Part shown: positions 47,940 through 54,726 of the stretch, one piece after another | Layout of the letters: each line of letters starts with the position of its first letter | Numbering within the stretch: position 1 is the first letter of the stretch | Notes under the pieces: generated by a model | Database searches by the model: none | What the model was told of the DNA's origin: nothing | Seen by the model: only the letters and a program-made list of their open reading frames with translations | Translations under genes and position numbers: made by a program | Source: Parcubacteria group bacterium GW2011_GWA2_36_10 | GTDB taxonomy: Bacteria > Patescibacteriota > Patescibacteriia > UBA1558 > GWA2-36-10 | Direction of reading: 5' to 3' | Assembly (NCBI GenBank): GCA_000991205.1 | Contig: LBRC01000004.1 | Coordinates: 1 to 60,272, forward strand | DNA length: 60,272 bases

Positions 47940-48623
47940 ATGGGTAATCAATATTTTAAACTTATCAAAGATCTAAGAATTAAAAAAGGTTTTAAGCAAG
48001 GAGATCTAGCAGAAAAATTAGGCATTGCTCGCACCTCTTATCTTTCTTTTGAGCAGGGTAAAACCGAGTTAAATTTTTCACAAATTGTAAAATTAGCAGA
48101 TTTGCTAGGAATTTCTTTAGAAGAAGTAGAAAGTGGCTCACAAGCAGATTATGAGAAGTACAAAGAAATGATTTTGGCTTATATCCGTAAAGGTTCTGAC
48201 ACTGACGGTAGTATTCTCAAAACTAAATTAGCCAAAATGTTATACTTAGCTGACTTTGCTTGGTTTTATGAAAATCTCCAAAGCATGAGTGGTATGCAGT
48301 ACCGTCGTATCAAGTATGGTCCTGTGCCAGACATGTATTTTCGAGCCATAGATGATTTAGAATCTAGCGGCAAGATTAATATCAGCCATAAAGGCGAGAT
48401 GCTTTTGATTTCTGAGAATCGTGGCTCACAAAAACAAAAGTTAGAAAAATTGTCTAAAGCAGAAATTACCTTGATAGATAAAATCGCTAAAAAATGGAAA
48501 GACAAAAAAACTGCCGAGATAGTTGATTTTACTCACAACCAGTTACCTTATAAAATTTGTGTACCAGATGAAATAATTCCTTATGAACTGATCACACAAG
48601 AAGATCCGGAGTATGTCTACTAA
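47940..48623 (+). CDS. XRE-type HTH fused to a Panacea (DUF4065/SocA-like) antitoxin domain
   Basis: N-terminal HTH (QGDLAEKLGIARTSYLSFEQGK). The C-terminal LAKMLYLADFAWFYENLQSMSGMQYRRIKYGPVP is the DUF4065 pattern. Confidence 0.7.
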   Translation: MGNQYFKLIKDLRIKKGFKQGDLAEKLGIARTSYLSFEQGKTELNFSQIVKLADLLGISLEEVESGSQADYEKYKEMILAYIRKGSDTDGSILKTKLAKMLYLADFAWFYENLQSMSGMQYRRIKYGPVPDMYFRAIDDLESSGKINISHKGEMLLISENRGSQKQKLEKLSKAEITLIDKIAKKWKDKKTAEIVDFTHNQLPYKICVPDEIIPYELITQEDPEYVY

Positions 48624-49005
48624 ATATACAGTTTTAGTGGAAGCTTTTGCACAGCGCCATTTTATCAAAAAATTTGAAAAGAAATATAAGCAAGCTTGGA
48701 ATATTACCTGGAGGGCCATGTTGGAGCAATGGAAAAGAATGGATTTGCTACTTACTACTTCGGTGGCAGAAACAATTATTGATGTTGAAAATTTAAAAAT
48801 TATCAAAACTGAATTTCGTGTCGCTGGTACCAAACAATCACGTAAAGGCTCTGGTAATCGCTGTATTGTGGCTGTAGATAAAAAAACTTGTGTAGTAAAT
48901 GTACTTTTGGTTTATCACAAAGATGATTTGGGTCACGGCCATGAAACGGCTCAATGGCAAAAAATCATTAGAGATAATTATTCCCAATATCAGAATTTAT
49001 TTTAA
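48613..49005 (+). CDS. Candidate toxin partner, RelE/HigB-like fold suspected
   Basis: 130 aa overlapping the antitoxin gene by 11 nt. KGSGNRCIVAV...VNVLLVYHKDDL resembles the GKSGGxRxIY...LLxIYxK pattern of RelE/HigB-type toxins. Confidence 0.5.
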   Translation: MSTKYTVLVEAFAQRHFIKKFEKKYKQAWNITWRAMLEQWKRMDLLLTTSVAETIIDVENLKIIKTEFRVAGTKQSRKGSGNRCIVAVDKKTCVVNVLLVYHKDDLGHGHETAQWQKIIRDNYSQYQNLF

Positions 49006-49068
49006 AAAAGAAAAATCCCATTAACTCGGGGTTTTTCTTTTTAGTCAAAAAATGTTAAAATATAGCTA

Positions 49069-49437
49069 ATGACAGAAAATATTTTTGTTAAAACTTTTAA
49101 AACACTAGCTTGGGATTTGCTGATGGAAGTTTTGTATTTCCCTATCTGGTGGTATTCGAGTGGTTTGAAAAAAACTACGCTCGCTGTCTTTGCTAATATC
49201 AAAGCTACTAGTCGCAATTTAGCTTTGGGTTTGTTATTTAGGCATTTATTCAAACCCATGTATGGCCAGTCAGATAAAGTCGGTAGAGCGATCAGTTTTT
49301 TTATGCGTTTGATTTTATTAGGCGCTAAATTATTTGTCTTTGTTTTGTTTTTCTTATTTTATTGGTTGATTTTGATCTTTTGGCTTGTCATGCCGATTTT
49401 AGTGGTTTGGCAATTATGGCGTAATCTTGTACATTAA
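49069..49437 (+). CDS. Small membrane protein
   Basis: 122 aa with 3 TM segments. It lies immediately upstream of the Clp-like gene. Confidence 0.5.
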   Translation: MTENIFVKTFKTLAWDLLMEVLYFPIWWYSSGLKKTTLAVFANIKATSRNLALGLLFRHLFKPMYGQSDKVGRAISFFMRLILLGAKLFVFVLFFLFYWLILIFWLVMPILVVWQLWRNLVH

Positions 49438-49440
49438 ACC

Positions 49441-52065
49441 ATGGAAAAAATAGTTTTCAAAACTTGTGAGGCCTGTGGGGGTAGCGGTGAGGCTGGCTCG
49501 CCTTGCGGCGGAGCGGGCGGACGTAAATGTCCAGCTTGCTTTGGGGCTAAGTGTTTTTTTGTAGAGAATAACAATTTTTATTATTGGCAAAAATTAATCA
49601 ATCGTTCTAGCATTATCGTGCGAGAGACGAGAGAGATTATCGATCTGGTGATCAATGGTTTGTTGATCATGGGTGCTTTGTCTTCAGTTTATTTGGTTTA
49701 TAAAATATTGAATCAAGTGGAGTTTGATCCACGCAATCTGATTACTTTTTTGAGCACTCCCGGTAAAAATAATCTCTGGCTGATGGTTTTGGTAGTGGTA
49801 AATATGTATCTCTATTATCGTCTGGCTATTCCGGCGCAAAAACAAAAAGCGATTAAACAAAAGTTAGCAGACGAACAAGTATTTTTTAAATATAATATTG
49901 CTGAAAGTTTAAACCAAGAAACCGAGTGGATGCTAGACCGAGCCTGGCTTTATGCTTTGCGTAAAGGTGTCTGGCCAGTGACCGTCTGGCATTTACTTTT
50001 TGTGTTATTAGAAGATAAAGATGTCAAAGTAGTGCTAGCACGCTTGGGAGTCGGAGCACAGAATTTACAGCAAATCATTGATCAACGCTTAGCAGATTTG
50101 GTCGCCAAAAATACGCCAGGCGAGTTGAGTAGAGCCGAAAAACTAGATTTGACAACTGAAGTCAAAAACGTGATTTTGTTTGCTTATCATCATGCGATCA
50201 AAATAAGACATAGTGAAAAAATAGAGGAAATAGATTTGTTGGCTGGCTTGACGCAAGTCAGTGAGGCTATTAAAGACTTTTTTTATGATTTTGATATCGA
50301 TGAAAACAAAGTGGACAATGTCATTGCCTGGATGGATATCAATGTCAAGCTAGTAGAAAATTATCGTCGCTATCGCGGGCGGGCTTTATTTAAGCCTAAG
50401 TCAGGTATCAATCGCTCTTATACTGCCATTGCTACGCCGGTCTTAAATAGTTTTTCTGAAGATTTGACTTTGGCTGCTAAGTCTGGACTTTTGTCTTTGG
50501 TAGTTGCTCGCGATAAAGAAATCAAAGAAATCATTGACGCCATGGAAAGCAATTTGGACTCGGTGATTTTAGTCGGCCCGGGCGGTACTGGTAAGACAAA
50601 CATAGTACAGGCGATTGCCAATCTGATGATGGCCGAAGAAATGCCAGACATTTTCCAAGACAAACGTTTAGTTAGTTTATCGGTGCCAGCCCTAGTCTCT
50701 GGCGCAGGTCAACAAGGTAATTTAGAAGAAAGATTGATGGCGATGCTCAATGAAATAGCGGTGTCAGGTAATATTATTTTATTTATTGATAATATTCATA
50801 ATTTAGTAGGTGTCAGTTCGCAGGGCTCGGAAGGTTTAGATTTAGCCGAAGTCTTAGCCACTGCGGTCGCTGAAAAAAGTGTGATCTTGATCGCCACGAC
50901 GACCAATGAAGACTACATCAAGTATCTAGAAGGTAAACAGTTAGCGCAAGTTTTACGAAAAGTAAATATTTTAGAAACTGATAAAAATCAGACGATACAG
51001 ATATTAGAATCACATGTTGGCTATCTAGAAAATAAACACAAAATTTATTTTACTTATAATTCTTTAGAAAAGATTTTTGATTTAGCAGATCGCTATTTAC
51101 CTGATCAGCATTTACCCCAAAAAGCTTTGCAGATTTTAGAAGCCGTGGCCTTGCAAGTAGCTAAAAATAATCGTCAAGACAAATTGGTTCGCTCTGAAGA
51201 TGTAGCGGTCTATGTTTCAGGTATTACCAATATTCCTTTAACTACTATTTCCGCTGATGAGTCTAGTAAGCTATTAAATTTAGAGGCAGATATTCACCAG
51301 CGCGTGATTGGCCAAGATGAGGCGGTTAAACAGGTCTCGACAGCCTTACAGCGTGCTCGTGCAGAACTGCGAGATAAAAAACGTCCGATTGTGAATCTTT
51401 TGTTTTTGGGACCAACTGGTGTGGGTAAAACCGAGCTAGCTAAAGCTGTGGCCGAGAAATATTTTGGCAATGAAGAAAATATGATCCGCTTAGACATGTC
51501 GGAATACCAAAACCAAGATAGTGATATTTTGAATGTTTTTTTACAAGTGATGGAAGACGGACGCTTAACTGATGCTTTGGGTCGCACGGTAGATTTTACC
51601 AATTTGATCATCGTTGTGACTTCCAATGCTGGTACTAGCTATATCCAAGAGCAAATTTCACAAGGCCGAAAAACCGAAGATTTCAAAGATGATTTAATTA
51701 AAAATAAATTGCAAGGTATTTTTCGGCCAGAGTTTTTAAATCGTTTTGATGGCGTGATTTTATTTAAGCCTTTGACTGAAGAAGAAATTTTTACTATAGC
51801 GGGCTTGATGCTCAATAAAGTCAAACAACGTTTAGAGCTAAAAGGTATTTTCTTTGAAGTCACCAAAGAAGCGCAGACAGAATTAGCTCAAGCTGGTTTT
51901 GATCCTGTTTTTGGCGCTCGACCATTAAGGCGAGTGATTCAAGAGCAAGTAGATAATGCTTTAGCGAAGTTTTTACTCCAAGGTAGTTTGAATCGGCGAG
52001 ATATTGTGGTTTATGATGTTGGTGGAGAGATTCGTGTCAAAAAAGCTTTGAGCTATAAAAATTAA
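49441..52065 (+). CDS. Clp/Hsp100-family AAA+ homolog with an N-terminal zinc finger and two TM segments; degenerate ATPase motifs
   Basis: CEACGGSG...CPAC finger, two hydrophobic helices, Clp_N-like repeats, NBD1 (GPGGTGKT; Walker B ILFIDNIH) and NBD2 (GPTGVGKT), with the block containing Walker B missing. ClpB D2-small tail. Confidence 0.8.
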   Translation: MEKIVFKTCEACGGSGEAGSPCGGAGGRKCPACFGAKCFFVENNNFYYWQKLINRSSIIVRETREIIDLVINGLLIMGALSSVYLVYKILNQVEFDPRNLITFLSTPGKNNLWLMVLVVVNMYLYYRLAIPAQKQKAIKQKLADEQVFFKYNIAESLNQETEWMLDRAWLYALRKGVWPVTVWHLLFVLLEDKDVKVVLARLGVGAQNLQQIIDQRLADLVAKNTPGELSRAEKLDLTTEVKNVILFAYHHAIKIRHSEKIEEIDLLAGLTQVSEAIKDFFYDFDIDENKVDNVIAWMDINVKLVENYRRYRGRALFKPKSGINRSYTAIATPVLNSFSEDLTLAAKSGLLSLVVARDKEIKEIIDAMESNLDSVILVGPGGTGKTNIVQAIANLMMAEEMPDIFQDKRLVSLSVPALVSGAGQQGNLEERLMAMLNEIAVSGNIILFIDNIHNLVGVSSQGSEGLDLAEVLATAVAEKSVILIATTTNEDYIKYLEGKQLAQVLRKVNILETDKNQTIQILESHVGYLENKHKIYFTYNSLEKIFDLADRYLPDQHLPQKALQILEAVALQVAKNNRQDKLVRSEDVAVYVSGITNIPLTTISADESSKLLNLEADIHQRVIGQDEAVKQVSTALQRARAELRDKKRPIVNLLFLGPTGVGKTELAKAVAEKYFGNEENMIRLDMSEYQNQDSDILNVFLQVMEDGRLTDALGRTVDFTNLIIVVTSNAGTSYIQEQISQGRKTEDFKDDLIKNKLQGIFRPEFLNRFDGVILFKPLTEEEIFTIAGLMLNKVKQRLELKGIFFEVTKEAQTELAQAGFDPVFGARPLRRVIQEQVDNALAKFLLQGSLNRRDIVVYDVGGEIRVKKALSYKN

Positions 52066-52069
52066 AGTC

Positions 52070-52098
52070 TTGACACTTAGCCTAAAAAGGCATAATAT
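52070..52098 (+). promoter_or_regulatory. Sigma70-type promoter of cassette D1
   Basis: TTGACA (52070-52075), 17-nt spacer, TAATAT (52093-52098), starting 5 nt after the Clp-like stop. Confidence 0.65.
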
Positions 52099-52231
52099 TA
52101 CTTAGTATTTTTTGATCTTTGACTTTGACAATGAAAAGATAGATAGATTTTCACCCTCAACTTTTAAAGCACACTTTGGAGGAAGTGTGATGTGTTCGAA
52201 ACAACTACCGGTCAACATGGAGGATCTTCCT

Positions 52232-52780
52232 ATGAAAGTCTTCCGACCATGGCTTCTCATCTCGGTGGCTTTGCTGTCGCTGACGATGAGTTGCCAGTCC
52301 ATCGCCTTGGCCAGTCCCATCTCTGGAAACAACGGACAGGCCAGCGATGACGCCACCCTGACGGCGGACATGCTCACCAGCACGCAGAATGTGCTGGCGG
52401 AAGAGCAGGACAACGGCCAACCGCAGACATTGCCTACCATGGAGGTGTCGCAAGTCTCCAAGGAACTGATGCTGACTGTGAATGGTTTTGCGGATTTCCT
52501 GGACTTCAGCGGCGACCTGACGATCCTGCCGATCAGCGCCAACCAGCCCTTTGATTTGCTGGGCATGACGGAGTGGATCGACAACTCGGTGACCCGGCCG
52601 GCCAGCTCCAACGATGAGATGATCACGGAGCAGGCGGCCACGATTCTCCCGGGCAACATCTTCACCTCAACGACGGCTGCCATCGGCGACAACGCGGTCT
52701 TTCGACCATCCAGCGGCAATCTGGCCTGTAGCATGACGCAGCTGGCCTCCAACGGCGCCAGGACCGACCACAACAGCTGA
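52232..52780 (+). CDS. Secreted orphan protein in a GC3-rich cassette (D1)
   Basis: ATG at 52232 lies 7 nt after GGAGGA and gives a canonical signal peptide MKVFRPWLLISVALLSLTMSCQSIALA. Alternative starts at 52190 (also behind GGAGGA) and 52112. A terminator follows at 52870-52899. No family was recognised. Confidence 0.6.
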   Translation: MKVFRPWLLISVALLSLTMSCQSIALASPISGNNGQASDDATLTADMLTSTQNVLAEEQDNGQPQTLPTMEVSQVSKELMLTVNGFADFLDFSGDLTILPISANQPFDLLGMTEWIDNSVTRPASSNDEMITEQAATILPGNIFTSTTAAIGDNAVFRPSSGNLACSMTQLASNGARTDHNS

Positions 52781-52869
52781 TCTGGGGCCAACATCCTTGA
52801 TACGGCTCTCAAGGTTGTATGGCTCCTAAAAAAACTATCCGTTCTTCATTGCTCATTCCGCTAACTCCG

Positions 52870-52899
52870 CGCGCGACCCATCTGGTGTCGCGCGTTTTT
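52870..52899 (+). terminator. Rho-independent terminator after D1
   Basis: CGCGCGAC...GTCGCGCG followed by TTTTT. It closely resembles the terminator at 54489-54520. Confidence 0.75.
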
Positions 52900-52992
52900 C
52901 TTTGTCTAATTAATTTTTATTAACTTGTCCCGGGTTTATCCCGGGACTTCTTTACTTTTTTACAATTTAATATATACTAAAGCTAGATGCCA

Positions 52993-53021
52993 TTGACAAA
53001 AATTCAACAATGTGATATGTT
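52993..53021 (+). promoter_or_regulatory. Sigma70-type promoter of cassette D2, with an overlapping palindrome
   Basis: TTGACA, 17-nt spacer, TATGTT. TGTGA-TATGT-TCACA (53011-53025) overlaps the -10 box. Confidence 0.65.
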
Positions 53022-53100
53022 CACATGAATTTTGTCTTGTGCAAAGCCCTTTGAAATCACAGAGTTCGTTCGAAAGAACAATCAACAAGGAGAGACTTCC

Positions 53101-54459
53101 ATGAAGAAGCGCATCACTTGGATTTTGGCCACGTTCGTGGCCATGCTCATCTGCCTGCGGCCGGCATCGGCCACTGTCATCAACGTCAACGCCGGCGGCA
53201 ACATCCAATCTGCCATCGACCAGACGGTCGAGGGAGACACGGTCGCAGTGCATGCAGGTACTTGGTCTGATATCAACATCTATCCGCCTCAACACGCCAT
53301 TGTTCTGTTGGCGGATCCCAATGTCTACATCAACAGCGGCACTGCTGTGTATCTGGCCGGTTCAGACACCACCAGTATCATGGATGGCTTCCATTTCACT
53401 GGCTTTTACGGCACGGCTGTGACTTTTCACAACGGTTCCGGCGCCACACTGCGCAATCTGGACATCAGTAGCAAGCCCATCAGCGGCATTTTCATCGGCC
53501 ATGACAGCTACGTCAAGCTGGAGAATATCCGCATTCATGATTGCCCGGGCGTCGCTATCTGGCCTTATTCTTCAGCTAGTTCGAGCTGGGGTTATGCCAA
53601 GGCCACAGCTTCGTATTTCGAGAACAATGGTGTAGCTGCACCGGCTCTGCTGCCAAGCATCGAAAATGGGCAACTCGTCTACTTGCCATACGAAGCTGAT
53701 CGTAGCGCCAATTTCGGCGCGGTGTGCTATATGAGTCTCGGCTCTGGCCAGATGGACTGGATCGACTGCTACATCATCACCAACAGCACCAACTATTTGG
53801 CAGGAGCGCTCTACGCTGGCAATACCGCCAACACCGATACCTGTTTCGCCAACATGAAGCAGTGCACGGTGATCGGCAACGCAACCGGCAATGAAGGCTC
53901 GGTCTTCTGGGGAGTCGGCAAGCATCGTCTGATGGTGGAAAACTGTTTGTTCATGAACAACAATGAGCAACAGCAGACCTTTGTCGGCAATACCCACTTC
54001 ACAGGAACCAATTTGGCCTGGCCAGGAAATCACGGCATCGTCGGTGCCCTGGTGGCTGATCCGCTTTTCTGCGATTTGGGTGCTGGTTACTATGTCGTCT
54101 CCAACTCACCTTGCTGGCCAGCCAATAACCCGTCCGGCAACCAGATCGGTGCTGTCGAGGGCGTGTGTACCTCCGTGGACACACGTAATTTGCCCGAAGC
54201 TTTCCAGCTGACGGCCTATCCGAATCCCTTCAACCCCTCGACCACGATCGGCTTCAACCTGACGAGGTCCGGCCTTGTCACACTGAACATCTACGACCTG
54301 GAAGGTCGTCTGGTGAAGACCCTTCTCAACGATGAGCAGCGACCAGCCGGCCTGAACAGCGTCAACTTCGACGCCAATGGCATGCCCACCGGCACCTACT
54401 TCTGTCGGCTGGAGACCAACGGCCAAACCACGACCAGCAAACTCTTGTTGGTCAAGTAG
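53101..54459 (+). CDS. Secreted right-handed beta-helix repeat protein with a T9SS-type C-terminal sorting domain (D2)
   Basis: ATG at 53101 lies 6 nt after AAGGAGAG. Signal peptide MKKRITWILATFVAMLICLRPASA. Repeats of about 22-25 aa rich in G, N and T (e.g. GATLRNLDIS, VKLENIRIHDC, MVENCLFMNN). The C-terminal tail is YPNPFNPSTTIGFNL..LVTLNIYDLEGRLVKTL...GTYFCRLETNG...KLLLVK. Confidence 0.7.
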   Translation: MKKRITWILATFVAMLICLRPASATVINVNAGGNIQSAIDQTVEGDTVAVHAGTWSDINIYPPQHAIVLLADPNVYINSGTAVYLAGSDTTSIMDGFHFTGFYGTAVTFHNGSGATLRNLDISSKPISGIFIGHDSYVKLENIRIHDCPGVAIWPYSSASSSWGYAKATASYFENNGVAAPALLPSIENGQLVYLPYEADRSANFGAVCYMSLGSGQMDWIDCYIITNSTNYLAGALYAGNTANTDTCFANMKQCTVIGNATGNEGSVFWGVGKHRLMVENCLFMNNNEQQQTFVGNTHFTGTNLAWPGNHGIVGALVADPLFCDLGAGYYVVSNSPCWPANNPSGNQIGAVEGVCTSVDTRNLPEAFQLTAYPNPFNPSTTIGFNLTRSGLVTLNIYDLEGRLVKTLLNDEQRPAGLNSVNFDANGMPTGTYFCRLETNGQTTTSKLLLVK

Positions 54460-54488
54460 AACTCTGTGAGGAGAGATTGCTCTCCATC

Positions 54489-54520
54489 GCGCGCGACCAC
54501 CCCTGTGGTCGCGCGCTTTT
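54489..54520 (+). terminator. Rho-independent terminator after D2
   Basis: 12-bp stem GCGCGCGACCAC / GTGGTCGCGCGC with a 4-nt loop, followed by TTTT. Confidence 0.8.
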
Positions 54521-54726
54521 CTTTTTGTAAAAGATGAGAAATAAGGGCTTTTGTCAATATTGCTAAAAGTATTGATATTAGTTATAATTTTAGTGGTTTT
54601 TACGCTTCAATAATGAAATAAGATTGAGCGGAACCCCGGCGAATGCCGGGGTAAACCTCAAGGAAAAAATCATTGAGCGTAATCCCGCTTTGCGGGATTA
54701 TAATAATAATTCTGGATTAATTTTTT

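Noticed and set aside
46392-49064. The AAAATATAG-type 9-mer at both ends of the Fic/TA segment, a possible att duplication.
   Set aside because: It is a short AT-rich word in an AT-rich genome, so it is not significant without genome-wide statistics. It is mentioned only as a lead.
49465-49545. Local GC-rich patch at the start of the Clp-like gene, a possible seventh foreign island.
   Set aside because: It is explained by the Gly/Cys/Ala-rich zinc-finger coding sequence. It is continuous with a backbone-type gene and has no separate promoter, RBS or terminator.
52170-52189. Hairpin CACACT-TTGGAGGA-AGTGTG just before ATG 52190, a possible RBS-sequestering switch.
   Set aside because: The SD lies in the loop rather than the stem, so it is not sequestered. 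The stem is only 6 bp, and the preferred start is at 52232.
52102-52812. 236-aa minus-strand ORF, with nested ORF 52205..52453, covering cassette D1.
   Set aside because: It is antisense to an ORF that has a promoter, RBS, signal peptide and terminator. Long shadow ORFs are expected in GC-rich DNA. It has no RBS and would have to read through the plus-strand promoter.
53082-54426. Several minus-strand and alternative-frame ORFs inside the beta-helix gene (53082..53279, 53572..54033, 53811..54011, 53963..54211, 53999..54184, 54106..54426).
   Set aside because: They are shadow ORFs of a 452-aa GC-rich gene that has coherent signal peptide, repeat and sorting-domain organisation.
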